DNA from: a virus
Virus record (IMG/VR): IMGVR_UViG_3300020463_001984
Coordinates: 12,017-76,016 of that record
Strand: one strand, 5' to 3'
DNA: 64,000 bases
This document shows, one piece after another, positions 21,401 through 30,396 of the stretch; the stretch's first letter is position 1, and the number at the start of each line of letters is the position of its first letter. Made by a program: the position numbers and the translations under genes. Under the pieces are notes generated by a model. It did no database searches. It worked only from the letters and a program-made list of their open reading frames with translations, and was not told the origin of the DNA.

Positions 21401-23914
21401 GATGCTACTGCTCAAGCGGCTTGTAAGAGAGACGTAAGAAGATATGTAGAAGCAGTACAACATGATATAGTTTATGATGGAACATACATGGCAATTAGAG
21501 CAGGACAACTTTATGCAAATAGTGTAAGTGGTTCTACTTTACAAAATATGTTCTTAGTAAGAAACGGTACTGGTTTAAGAAACTGTACAATAAGCGGATT
21601 GAGTGGTACATTAGGAGCGGCAAACTCCTTTGGTACTAAACGTCCAAGTGCAGGAGCATTTGTGTCGTTGGATCCAGGTTGGGGACCATCACATGAAGAT
21701 GTTTGGGTCAAAAACAAATCTTGTTATGTACAAAACGTTACAACATTTGGAACTGGATGTATAGGATTAAAAATTGACGGTGACTTACACGCAGGTGGTA
21801 ATGACTCTGTTGTTGCTAATGACTTTACACAGGTACTATCAGATGGTATTGGTGTATGGGTAACAAACTTAGGTAGATCAGAACTTGTTTCCGTGTTCTC
21901 ATACTACGGACACATTGGATACCTAGCAGAAAACGGCGGTAAGATACGTGCTACAAACGGTAACTCATCATATGGTGATTTTGGTTGTGTTGCAGAAGGT
22001 GTAGACGCAACAGAAATTCCAATCACAGGATTTGTAGATAACAAAGCAGGCCAGGCAACAGTTGCTAACGTAACTACTGATGGCGAAAGAGTGTTAACAC
22101 TAGAATACCTAAATGCTGGACGAGATTATGATCTTGGAGGTGGAACTGCAAACATAGCCATAACAGGTGAAGGGTATAACTTAGGTACAGTTACTCCGGT
22201 TTATAGAACAGGCGGAGTAATGGAAGTTAGATTATTAGAAACAGTAGCGGATCCAAGTAACTTGGGTGGTGCTGATTACAAATTTGTAAGTAACAATGCA
22301 CAGATAGGTAATGCAACACAGATTACAATTTCAAACACTGATACAAATACATCAGGAGCATTAGTAGGAATGGGAATCTTTATTAAAGCAGGACTTGGCG
22401 CAGGACAATATGCTTACATTGATACATATAACTCAGGTACAAAAGTTGCAACAGTAAGAAAAGTTTCAGATGGTACTGCAGGTTGGGACCATGTACTAGG
22501 CGAATCAATATTATCATTATTAGATAGTACTACTGCATACGAGATTGAGCCAAGAATTACTTTTGCGGCACCAACTGGTGATGGTTCAAGTACAAGTATT
22601 AAAGCACTAGCAAGACCAACAGTGGTTGATGGAAAGATTTCACAGATTAGAATTTGGGAACCAGGACAAGGATATTTAACTGCTCCTGCAATTACAATTA
22701 CTGATCCAAACAATACAACAGAAGCACCGACTCAAGTTAGAATAGGTGACGGTGTGTTAGCACAACCTACTTACGCAGGTGGAACAAATGCAGGTAGAGG
22801 TCAAGCATTTGAAACTGCAAGTGCGTTGGTTACTGCTACATTGACAGAAACAAATGTTACAGGTGTTACTTTAAATAATCCAATTAGAGTTACAGCAAGT
22901 GGCGGACATACAGTTACAAATGGACAAAAAGTTACGTTTATAGAAATTGTTGGAACTATTCAAATTAATAGTAACACTTACTTTGCAAAATATATTGATG
23001 CAAATAATGTTGACTTGTATAGAGATCCAGCATTAACTGATGGTATTGACGGAACATTAAGTGGTGCGTATGGAACTTACCTATCAGGCGGTAAGATGAA
23101 GTATGGTGGTGGATTTAGAGATCAGTTCCAATCAGGACAATACGTAACAGTAGTTGGAATGGCAAACAATCCAACAGCAGGATCAAACGTACAGTTTAGT
23201 AACATAAGTGATACAGTGTTTAAACTTGTTAGCATAACTAACTTGTTAGGACAAGGACCTTATAGTGCTACATTACAAGTTTCACCAAACGTATCAGTTA
23301 GTCAGGCTCCGGCACACTATCAAGATACAACAATAAGAATTAGGTACTCACAAGTAAGATTAACAGGACATGACTTCTTGGATATTGGTACAGGTAACTT
23401 TACTAATACCAACTATCCAAACATTCCATTACAGAATCCAGTTGCGGCAAACGAAACTAGAGAACGTGATGGTGGTAGAGTGTTCTTTACTTCAACTGAC
23501 CAAGATGGTAACTTTAGAGTTGGCGGACTATTTACAGTTGAACAGAGTACTGGAGTTGCGACCCTAAATGCAGATGCATTTAATATTAGCGGTCTACAAG
23601 AATTATCACTGGGATCAGTTGCGTTAGGTTCAACAGGTGCTACAATTAATGAGTTTAGCACAGACGGAGCGTTCGCGGCAAATAGTGATAGTATAGTGCC
23701 AACACAAAAAGCAATTAAGACGTATATCACATCACAAATTGGTGGTGGTGCATCTACATTGAACGTGAACCAGATTACTGCTGGTTTAGTACAAATTTCC
23801 GGTCAGGAAATTACTACAACAACAGTTGTTCCGATCAACGTAAACGCGACTATGAATTTCAAGGGTGGAATTGATGGTACGCCGGTTGCACTAAATATGT
23901 TTTTAATGGGATAA
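18491..23914 (+). CDS. Giant mosaic fibre/appendage protein; paralog of 11821
   Basis: N-terminus MAEFKL.RIRF.WKGAW shared with 11821; eight W-rich repeats; beta-helix; two helical (C/W)xRD domains; same C-terminal module as 11821. Confidence 0.75.
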   Translation: MAEFKLGRIRFIWKGAWVSATQYYKDDVIRYGGRTYICILGHTASGTFETDQATKWNNLADGQEWKSDWALSTVYKPNDIVKYGSLLYIANTGHTSASTTSDGLELDQSKWDLWSEGFDWKGAWGVSTRYKINDIIAYGGDLYLCTEKHTSAASTSDGLELDNAKWDTFARGLEWRGDWGATTRYRINDVVKYGGQIYVCNAGHTAAANVALGLEANQSSWDYLHKGIEYKGNWATTTRYKINDLVKYGGDIWICTTFHTSTTTLAADESNWAIFVPGLEFEDSWQNNVNYQPGDVVTYGGYSYISKTNNYAATPYNNTSNWDLFTTGFSLKGDYNNTTNYKVGDVVRVGGWTYLAIADGVGNRPPDNTKWDKLNQGFYWKNTWTNGTYYDKGDVVRGINNINSYVCVAEHTSDQVTAQNRPDQDLDGSEWNLLSGGVESGNLTTRGDLVYYGGSGPTRLAIGSPGQVLKVNDAGTDPVWGYFGQIEAVYYVASTGLDQVVPAYGVTLDKPFKTVQFGLQQIEKGARKPYATELFKRNKAFIVAETLAWVDRQISTNASPFSASFTYTAANWSRDLRHLLDGVEFDLCHGGNRKSRQVALSFFRSNSFSYYVTNSSLTTEWAAMLVYMKTLIDDILTQNTPSTNYQTLMSVSPATLQIKNATISEEPGAQTVVDSLVDISRSALVANSATSTTYNVTAATYNGVTGDMDLTIGSHTLPVNTKIILKTNSLTFTCAKDDHATNHTYPRTTDPAYATPISVTSTTGTTIRVNVGKNPDGNYAHLFVSATAGAVSLASGGGIPAEIVANDTLFVKTGTFAEVLPMVIPESCAVVGDELRSTKITPAGQLTSSDDTAFSLYGILHMKSIIDNIILNTSITKQTNNPLTQDTAHPAGDAAAVTKAEAVVDAIHDYINFNVVSDSTAVNPTMKGQMSPNQELGVKNAVLRLEENKDFIAEDVTNYILNTFPGYTGFDATAQAACKRDVRRYVEAVQHDIVYDGTYMAIRAGQLYANSVSGSTLQNMFLVRNGTGLRNCTISGLSGTLGAANSFGTKRPSAGAFVSLDPGWGPSHEDVWVKNKSCYVQNVTTFGTGCIGLKIDGDLHAGGNDSVVANDFTQVLSDGIGVWVTNLGRSELVSVFSYYGHIGYLAENGGKIRATNGNSSYGDFGCVAEGVDATEIPITGFVDNKAGQATVANVTTDGERVLTLEYLNAGRDYDLGGGTANIAITGEGYNLGTVTPVYRTGGVMEVRLLETVADPSNLGGADYKFVSNNAQIGNATQITISNTDTNTSGALVGMGIFIKAGLGAGQYAYIDTYNSGTKVATVRKVSDGTAGWDHVLGESILSLLDSTTAYEIEPRITFAAPTGDGSSTSIKALARPTVVDGKISQIRIWEPGQGYLTAPAITITDPNNTTEAPTQVRIGDGVLAQPTYAGGTNAGRGQAFETASALVTATLTETNVTGVTLNNPIRVTASGGHTVTNGQKVTFIEIVGTIQINSNTYFAKYIDANNVDLYRDPALTDGIDGTLSGAYGTYLSGGKMKYGGGFRDQFQSGQYVTVVGMANNPTAGSNVQFSNISDTVFKLVSITNLLGQGPYSATLQVSPNVSVSQAPAHYQDTTIRIRYSQVRLTGHDFLDIGTGNFTNTNYPNIPLQNPVAANETRERDGGRVFFTSTDQDGNFRVGGLFTVEQSTGVATLNADAFNISGLQELSLGSVALGSTGATINEFSTDGAFAANSDSIVPTQKAIKTYITSQIGGGASTLNVNQITAGLVQISGQEITTTTVVPINVNATMNFKGGIDGTPVALNMFLMG
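18527..19790 (+). repeat. Eight tandem ~50-aa Trp-rich protein repeats (carbohydrate-binding CBM5/12-like)
   Basis: Consensus W.G.W...T.Y...D.V.YGG..Y.C...HTS, visible in the translation. Confidence 0.7.
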
Positions 23915-23927
23915 AGGAGATAGAACT

Positions 23928-24245
23928 ATGGCAACAGGAAGACTAGGCGCCGCAGATTTAGCCGCTGGTACACTAACTACCGTTTATACCGTTCCCGCAT
24001 CAACTTATGGGGTTGTTACGTGTTCGTTATGCAATAGAGGTAATAGTGCAATATCAGTCAGAATGGCGGTTGCAGTAAATGATACACCAACAAATGGCGA
24101 GTACATTGAGTACGATGTAGAAGTATTAGCCAAAGGGGTGTTAGAGAGAAGCGGTATCGTAATGGATGCTGGTAAGAAATTGGTAGTGTACTCATCTGCC
24201 GTTAACGTTAGCGCCGTTGTTTTCGGAATCGAAACAACTGCATAA
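23928..24245 (+). CDS. Small virion adaptor-like protein, family A copy 3
   Basis: SD AAGGAG; TVYTVPA...SLCNR...IVMDAGKKLVV..VFGIE. Confidence 0.7.
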   Translation: MATGRLGAADLAAGTLTTVYTVPASTYGVVTCSLCNRGNSAISVRMAVAVNDTPTNGEYIEYDVEVLAKGVLERSGIVMDAGKKLVVYSSAVNVSAVVFGIETTA

Positions 24246-24246
24246 T

Positions 24247-24254
24247 GCTAAATA
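24247..24254 (+). promoter_or_regulatory. Putative late promoter GCTAAATA heading the Cys-rich cluster
   Basis: Intergenic TAAATA core. Confidence 0.6.
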
Positions 24255-24279
24255 CTAATAAGGATAAAGGGATAAAACA

Positions 24280-24606
24280 ATGGGAAGATACATAACAACC
24301 ACAGGAACAGCAGGTACAGTTGTTAAAGAGGTCAATGCTACATATCAAGCAGTAGTTAATGACAGAATTCTTTGTACAACTGGCGGGTTCACTATTACAC
24401 TTCCTCTTTCTACGTCACTGTTAGTTAACGACACCGTTCAGATTATTGATGTAACTGGTGTTGCTAACAATAGTAACATTACAGTAGCAAGAAACGGTGC
24501 AAAAATACAGAACCTTGCAGAAAATTTAACACTTGATGTCAACAACGTTGCAGTAACACTTGTATATACAGGTGCAACTTACGGTTGGATCATTAGTGGA
24601 ACATAA
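24280..24606 (+). CDS. Stand-alone tail-fibre beta module protein
   Basis: FTITLP....D.V.IID..G.....ITVARNG.KI....L.L....TLVY....GW, a recurrent phage fibre domain pattern. Confidence 0.65.
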   Translation: MGRYITTTGTAGTVVKEVNATYQAVVNDRILCTTGGFTITLPLSTSLLVNDTVQIIDVTGVANNSNITVARNGAKIQNLAENLTLDVNNVAVTLVYTGATYGWIISGT

Positions 24607-24627
24607 GAATTAGGAGAAGGAAGTACG

Positions 24628-25359
24628 ATGTCATCATTAAGAGCATTTTTAAGTGACGTAGCACCCGTTAAAGGTGGTGTGACACAACAGTTATGGGTCT
24701 ATACAAAGAATGACAGTATAGGTAACGGCGGAAGATGTTGCTTATGGACCGTACCTTCAGGAAAAGTTAACGCTACATTTGAACTATGGGGCGGCGGCGG
24801 AGGCGGCGGTGGCGGATGCTGTTGTCAGTTTCCAAATAGACCAGCCTCAGGTGGAGCATACGCGATAAGAACAGTCTCAACAGCGGCAGGTTGCACATAT
24901 ACGGTTTGTGCTGGTGGTTCTACTCCTTGTTGTTGTCACGGATGTTTAGGCGGCGATGGCTATCCAAGTTTCGTAACAGGATCAAGTATTCCAACAACGT
25001 GTGCACCGGGTGGTTGCGGTGGAAAACAATGTTGCTTTACTGATGCTTACACTTGTCATCCTAGTTTCGTATATAGTTGCGGAACAGGTGATTGGGGTTT
25101 ACCTAGAGTAACAGGTAGTTCAAAAAGATCTCAGTACTGCCACAATCAAATGTGGAATTGGACTGGTGGTACACCAATATTTGGTGGACAAAGAAGAAGT
25201 AAAGACTGGTGTGCAGGAAACTTTACAAACACAGGATCGTGTTTTAGTTGTCTTGCAGAATTCCCAGGCGGTGGTGGAGGCTCAGGCGCGGCTTGTGGCG
25301 AACCATGCTGTTGGGGAGGCTGGGGACAAGCCGGCGCAGTTAAAATATCGTATAGTTAG
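24628..25359 (+). CDS. Cys-rich, Gly-rich putative adhesin/fibre-tip protein, copy 1
   Basis: WTVP.G...FELWGGGGGGG glycine-rich-domain motif; 24 Cys in 243 aa (hand count). Confidence 0.7.
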   Translation: MSSLRAFLSDVAPVKGGVTQQLWVYTKNDSIGNGGRCCLWTVPSGKVNATFELWGGGGGGGGGCCCQFPNRPASGGAYAIRTVSTAAGCTYTVCAGGSTPCCCHGCLGGDGYPSFVTGSSIPTTCAPGGCGGKQCCFTDAYTCHPSFVYSCGTGDWGLPRVTGSSKRSQYCHNQMWNWTGGTPIFGGQRRSKDWCAGNFTNTGSCFSCLAEFPGGGGGSGAACGEPCCWGGWGQAGAVKISYS

Positions 25360-25384
25360 GAAAGGGAAATAGGAGAATCAAATT

Positions 25385-26080
25385 ATGCCAAATACTATAA
25401 TTGAAAAAGACTTTACCTATAATATCCCTGATGATTATCTGGCACAGACAAGTAATGACAGCAAGACCGCTGAAGCAACGTTTAAAGGCCCGGATAAGAT
25501 TTGGATATTCGTAGATAAAGACACGGGCAAATCTACTAGAAGTAGATTATTGCTTACAGACGAGGAGAATGGATCAGAATTTCCAACTCCAGTAGATCAG
25601 TACAAGATCGAAGTTGATTGTGCTACTGATCCAACAATATGTTCTTTATGGGACACAACAGAATGGGAAACAGTAAAAGATCAAACTCAACTAGTAGTTA
25701 ATTTGCCAGATGGAACTACTTACGAGAGACCAAACCCAACTGATGTTGACCATACATACGAATTAGATGATTGTGTTTATAACAAGGACGGTACATTGTC
25801 AGCAGATGGTACAACTTACACAGGTGGTACTTGGACAATGGCTTGGAAACAACCTTGGAGTTCATGGGATGAACTAATTATCGTTAGAAATAATTTGCTT
25901 ACGGCTTCAGATGCCAAGATTGCAGAAGATATGCCAGAAGCAACAAAAACAATTTGGAAAACTTACAGACAAGCATTGAGAGATTTACCTGCTACATTTA
26001 AAAAAGGTACAGCAGATGAGTTTCCAGCACATATGGTAAACTTTCCAGTAGAACCAGGCGCGGATTTAATAGGAGAATAA
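25385..26080 (+). CDS. Tail fibre assembly chaperone-like protein, copy 1
   Basis: C-terminal RN.LL.ASD....DMP.....WKTYRQALRDLP, the phage tail assembly chaperone pattern. Confidence 0.7.
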   Translation: MPNTIIEKDFTYNIPDDYLAQTSNDSKTAEATFKGPDKIWIFVDKDTGKSTRSRLLLTDEENGSEFPTPVDQYKIEVDCATDPTICSLWDTTEWETVKDQTQLVVNLPDGTTYERPNPTDVDHTYELDDCVYNKDGTLSADGTTYTGGTWTMAWKQPWSSWDELIIVRNNLLTASDAKIAEDMPEATKTIWKTYRQALRDLPATFKKGTADEFPAHMVNFPVEPGADLIGE

Positions 26081-26081
26081 G

Positions 26082-26822
26082 ATGTCAAGTTTAAGGACCT
26101 TATTACAGTACGGTACAAGTTCAGCAGGGTCTGATCCATTAAGAAGTTTGCGAGTATATAAAACAAATATTACTGATGCAAACAATGGCGGACAATGTTG
26201 TCAGTGGACTGCACCTACAGGCGTTACTTGGGTCGCTTTCGAAATATGGGGAGGCGGTGGACCAGGAGCGGGTGTATGTTGTTGCCAACAAGGTTGGGCC
26301 GGCGGAAGTGGTTCTTACGCAAGACGAATTATTACAGCATCAGCAGGTGATCAATTTACCTTATGTGCGGCAGGTAGTACTTGCTGTCACTCAAGATGTT
26401 ATCCATGCAGAGGATTCCCAACTTATGTATGTGGGCCAGGAAGTTTTTGTATGTGTGTATCCGGTGGAGCAGAAACGGCTTCCAAATGTTTTTGGAGTCA
26501 AGGATGTTCTTACTCAGGATGTCAACAGTTTAATTGCGGTTGTGTAAACGGCGGTACATTATCATTCTGTGGTACAACAGGTGGCGGACATGGTTCTTCA
26601 CACTGTGCCTCTGATATGCACCAGTTTATACCAAGTGCACCTTTAACTACACCAACTAGAATGTCAAGAAGTGGTTGTTATAGATCACATGGACAAGACC
26701 AGGGAGACCATGGAGTATTCCCAGGTGGTGGTGGAGCATCAGGTGTAACGCACAACGAAGTATGTTATTGCGGAGCGAAAGGAATGGGCGGTTTAGTAAC
26801 ACTTTACTTTGCACACCCATAA
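26082..26822 (+). CDS. Cys-rich, Gly-rich putative adhesin/fibre-tip protein, copy 2
   Basis: Colinear with 24628; 23 Cys in 246 aa. Confidence 0.7.
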   Translation: MSSLRTLLQYGTSSAGSDPLRSLRVYKTNITDANNGGQCCQWTAPTGVTWVAFEIWGGGGPGAGVCCCQQGWAGGSGSYARRIITASAGDQFTLCAAGSTCCHSRCYPCRGFPTYVCGPGSFCMCVSGGAETASKCFWSQGCSYSGCQQFNCGCVNGGTLSFCGTTGGGHGSSHCASDMHQFIPSAPLTTPTRMSRSGCYRSHGQDQGDHGVFPGGGGASGVTHNEVCYCGAKGMGGLVTLYFAHP

Positions 26823-26831
26823 GGAGAGAAT

Positions 26832-27554
26832 ATGGCTAGTTTAAGACAATTTTTATTTGGATATGCTGAAGAGACAACTGTTCCTCAAGAACTTGCAGTA
26901 TATAACACTTCAACAACCTCTGTAAATAATGGAGGTAGATGTTGTTTATGGACTGTACCTGCAGGTACTAGTTACGCAATATTTGAATTATGGGGCGGTG
27001 GCGCTTCAGGTGACGGCGGATGTTGTTGCCAAATGGGATACCCATCTACATCAGGATCATACGGACAAAAAGCATTAGACGTAGAGGCTGGACAACAAAT
27101 GACAATTTGTGCGGCTGGAACTACTTGTTGTAGACAAAAAGGAAACTGTCAACAAGGTTATGACACTTATGTATGTAGATCAGGTAACTGGTGTGCAAGA
27201 GCCTGTGGCGGTAGAGTTATGCGTACAGAATGTTTCATGTATAGAACTTGTTACTCATGTTGTAGAATGGAATACTGTGTACACGGATATTCAGGTATGG
27301 ACTTTGGTTTAGGTGCTACACAGGCATCTTCACAGTTAAGTCAATACTGTCATGATAGAGGTAATATGTATGTAACACAAAACGTTGCACAAGGATCACC
27401 AAGAAACGGACCTAACGGTTGTTGTGCTTGGGGTGGATCACAAGGCTTTGGACTATTTCCAGGTGGTGGCGGAATGTCAGCACAGGCATATGGTGAAGTT
27501 TGTTGTTGTGGATCACCAGGCGGTGGTGGACTAGTGTACGTGGTGTACTATTAA
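26832..27554 (+). CDS. Cys-rich, Gly-rich putative adhesin/fibre-tip protein, copy 3
   Basis: SD AAGGAG; colinear with 24628 and 26082; 23 Cys in 240 aa. Confidence 0.7.
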   Translation: MASLRQFLFGYAEETTVPQELAVYNTSTTSVNNGGRCCLWTVPAGTSYAIFELWGGGASGDGGCCCQMGYPSTSGSYGQKALDVEAGQQMTICAAGTTCCRQKGNCQQGYDTYVCRSGNWCARACGGRVMRTECFMYRTCYSCCRMEYCVHGYSGMDFGLGATQASSQLSQYCHDRGNMYVTQNVAQGSPRNGPNGCCAWGGSQGFGLFPGGGGMSAQAYGEVCCCGSPGGGGLVYVVYY

Positions 27555-27569
27555 GGATAGGTTAGAAAT

Positions 27570-28517
27570 ATGGCATTTAAAATTATAGAATTTAATTACC
27601 CTAAACCAGATGAGTATCTTGGACAGTTCGATAACGAGCAGTTAGAAGGTACACACACTTACGATGGTCCAGAAGATATTTGGGTGTTTATAGATAAAGA
27701 AACAAAAAAATTAGCACCTACGGCATATATGGATTACGATGAAGGTTTAGAATTTAATCCTGCTCCACACTTAGAAAAAGTTTATGTTGATTGTGAACAA
27801 AATCCAATCATATGTTCATTAATGGAATGTGATTTTGAAGATGAAATGTTAGAGCAAGTAGAAGAAACATTACCAAATGGATCTAAATACTTAACATATA
27901 AAAATCCTCCACCAGAACACACTTACGAAAAGTTTGACATTGAATATGACTTTGATGCAAAAACTTGGAAAAAAGTTGCAAGTTCAATAGAAGGTGGAAT
28001 AGCACATTATCCATGGAAACAACCTCATGTGAAATGGACACACGTTAGAAAACATAGAAATTCATTACTAGCAGGAACTGATCATAAAGTTAAATCAGAT
28101 ATGCCTGCAGATACAAAAGCATCTTGGGAAACATTTAGAACAACTCTAAGAGATTTACCTGTAGAATATGGTGATAGTTTCAATGCAGAAATTACAACAG
28201 CAGGTACAGGTTATTCTGTAGATGATGAATTAAGTTTTGCAAAAGCAGATTTAGAAAATAATATAACTGCTGATGCAATGAAAGTTACTGTTAAAACAAT
28301 TGGTTCAAGTGGTGAAATTACAGGAATAAGTATTTCATCTAATCAAGCAATAAATGATGGTAACGATATTGTTGTAGGTAGAGAAGCAAAAGAATATGCA
28401 GATGCTACATACACAACTTCAAGCGGTGGAACAGGTGCTAAATTTAAAATAAGCAAGTGCCAACGTTATGCGGCTTGGAAAGTCCTTTATCCAACTTCCC
28501 CTTGTGGAACAATTTAA
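27570..28517 (+). CDS. Tail fibre assembly chaperone-like protein, copy 2, with inserted beta domain
   Basis: Paralog of 25385 (F.Y..PD.YL.Q..GP..IW.F.DK.T, C..P.ICSL, RN.LL..D..DMP..W..R..LRDLP). Confidence 0.7.
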   Translation: MAFKIIEFNYPKPDEYLGQFDNEQLEGTHTYDGPEDIWVFIDKETKKLAPTAYMDYDEGLEFNPAPHLEKVYVDCEQNPIICSLMECDFEDEMLEQVEETLPNGSKYLTYKNPPPEHTYEKFDIEYDFDAKTWKKVASSIEGGIAHYPWKQPHVKWTHVRKHRNSLLAGTDHKVKSDMPADTKASWETFRTTLRDLPVEYGDSFNAEITTAGTGYSVDDELSFAKADLENNITADAMKVTVKTIGSSGEITGISISSNQAINDGNDIVVGREAKEYADATYTTSSGGTGAKFKISKCQRYAAWKVLYPTSPCGTI

Positions 28518-28535
28518 CTAGAAAACACTAGATTC

Positions 28536-28559
28536 AAAAGGCGCTACGGCGCCTTTTTT
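28536..28559 (+). terminator. Rho-independent terminator GGCGC-TACG-GCGCC plus U tract (copy 1 of 3)
   Basis: cUACGg tetraloop hairpin with A tract before and T6 after. Confidence 0.85.
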
Positions 28560-28565
28560 ATTCTG

Positions 28566-28571
28566 TAAATA
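28566..28571 (+). promoter_or_regulatory. Late promoter core TAAATA exactly 5 nt before ATG (leaderless candidate)
   Basis: TAAATA TCTGT ATG; no SD. Confidence 0.65.
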
Positions 28572-28576
28572 TCTGT

Positions 28577-29398
28577 ATGCAAACAGATGAACAGAATCAA
28601 AGACAACCAGTAAGATTTGCAGGTTTACAAATGCCTGTAACACAACAAATAGAAGAAAATAAACAAACTATTTTGGATAGTTTAGACTGGTGTAAGGATA
28701 ATAAAGTAAATTGGTTACTAACACCTGAAGGATCTTTAACAGGATATTTTCCCAACTTTGATTTAGTTGCACCACAAGGTGTAACAGGCATACAATCTGC
28801 GGCTACAGAGATAGTAGCAAAAGCACAAGGATTAGGCATAGGAATTGCATTAGGCACACTTTGGGTAGACGTCGAACATAGAGGCGCTATAAGAAAAAAT
28901 CAAATAAGATATTATGATCCAGAAGGATTATTTTTAGGTACAACAAACAAGCAATACATAGTAGGCGGACAAGATAGTCCTAGTAGCAGTTGGGACCAAG
29001 TATTAGCAGACCCGCCTGGAACAATAAAAACACATTATTGTAATGGTGTCAGAACCACAGGAATGATATGTAATGATTTCTGGGGTAACGGTTTTAGATT
29101 TAATGCACCTTCTTTACCTATGTTAGCAAGTTTAAACCAAGTTGAACTTATCTTACACAGTACTAATGGCGATAGAGGTAACGATCAAGACGAAATATGG
29201 ATGGAATGGCATGATATTCATCTACGTATGATGAGTTTACAATATGGAATTCCTATTATTACAGTTGATAGTTGTTGTGATAAGTTTGGTAATAGACATG
29301 ATTTACCTACAAGTAGTCCTAGTGGTGTTGTTATTAACGGCAAATGGGAAGTACAAATGCCAAGAACCGGAACTCAGATGTTCTACTGGGATTTCTAA
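28577..29398 (+). CDS. Carbon-nitrogen hydrolase (nitrilase superfamily)
   Basis: Glu-Lys-Cys triad contexts LLTPEGSL, TNKQY and GMICNDFW. Confidence 0.8.
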   Translation: MQTDEQNQRQPVRFAGLQMPVTQQIEENKQTILDSLDWCKDNKVNWLLTPEGSLTGYFPNFDLVAPQGVTGIQSAATEIVAKAQGLGIGIALGTLWVDVEHRGAIRKNQIRYYDPEGLFLGTTNKQYIVGGQDSPSSSWDQVLADPPGTIKTHYCNGVRTTGMICNDFWGNGFRFNAPSLPMLASLNQVELILHSTNGDRGNDQDEIWMEWHDIHLRMMSLQYGIPIITVDSCCDKFGNRHDLPTSSPSGVVINGKWEVQMPRTGTQMFYWDF

Positions 29399-29430
29399 AT
29401 AAGTATCTATATCAAAGGAAATATTGAAAC

Positions 29431-30396
29431 ATGACAGATAAAAGAAGCAGTGCAATTTTTATTAATGGCGGAGCAGGTAGAGTAATTGCAAGTATTCCGG
29501 CATTAGAAAAATTTAAAGAAGAAAACCCAGACGACGAGTTTGTGGTTGTTTGCGAAGGAGGAGTTGATTTTTATAAAGGACATCCAGATCTTTTTAACAG
29601 AACATATGATGTTTGGCATAAAAATTTATTCCAAGACAAATTAAAAGATAGAAATTTAATTACACCTGAACCATATAGAGTATGGGAATATTATAATCAA
29701 AAATGTAATTTACATGAAGCATATGATATTGCAATTAATAATAAGGGTATTAGAGAATTATCAAAGCCTACAATAAAATTATCAATGCAAGAACGCATGA
29801 CTGGTAAGAAACTTGTAGATGAAGTTAAAGCAAAAACAGGTAAAGATAAAATTGTTGTGTTCCAATCCTTTGGTAGAGGAACTATTAACGACAATGGTAT
29901 AATTGGTGACCCATCAGGTAGAAGTTTTGAAGCAGAGAATACTGTCAATCTTGTAAAAAAACTTTCTAAACATTTTGGTGTTATCTTTATGAGTGAGATT
30001 GCTATTGAATTCCAAAAGCACGGAGTAAAAGAACCTATTGCTATTCCACAAAATATAGAATTAAGATTCTGGCTAGGAATAATTGAAGAAGCAGATTATT
30101 TCTTAGGTTGTGATAGTGTAGGTCAACATATGGCTCATGCTTTAGATAAGCCAGCGACTGTCGTAGTTGGTAGTACATTTAAAGAAAACATTTCTTACCC
30201 TAATAACAAAAAATTTGATGTGTTAGATATGGGCGAGGGTGCAAGAGTCTATAGTCCAATTAGAATAACAATGGACGAATTATCAGACAGAACCAATGAA
30301 GGTATTATGTGGATGAATGATAAGATCGAAGAGGTCATTGTTGAAAGTTGTCTGAAAGGGGCTGGACTAAAGAAAGATGACAAAAAGAAAAAGTAG
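29431..30396 (+). CDS. GT9-like (heptosyltransferase-type) glycosyltransferase
   Basis: N-terminal GGAGRVIASIPAL and C-terminal ADYFLGCDSVGQHMAHALDKP resemble the GT9 DSG..H.A.A...P signature. TAAATA at 29396-29401 lies upstream. Confidence 0.65.
   Translation: MTDKRSSAIFINGGAGRVIASIPALEKFKEENPDDEFVVVCEGGVDFYKGHPDLFNRTYDVWHKNLFQDKLKDRNLITPEPYRVWEYYNQKCNLHEAYDIAINNKGIRELSKPTIKLSMQERMTGKKLVDEVKAKTGKDKIVVFQSFGRGTINDNGIIGDPSGRSFEAENTVNLVKKLSKHFGVIFMSEIAIEFQKHGVKEPIAIPQNIELRFWLGIIEEADYFLGCDSVGQHMAHALDKPATVVVGSTFKENISYPNNKKFDVLDMGEGARVYSPIRITMDELSDRTNEGIMWMNDKIEEVIVESCLKGAGLKKDDKKKK

Noticed and set aside
24789-24817. GGC-rich tract as a phase-variable simple repeat
   Set aside because: It is interrupted by GGA and GGT synonymous codons and simply encodes the polyglycine motif.
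24628-27554. Cys-rich paralogs as DGR template/variable repeats or as RiPP precursors
   Set aside because: There is no near-identical DNA pair with adenine-specific differences and no reverse transcriptase in the window. The proteins are too long and fibre-like for RiPP precursors, and no cyclase or radical SAM gene lies nearby.
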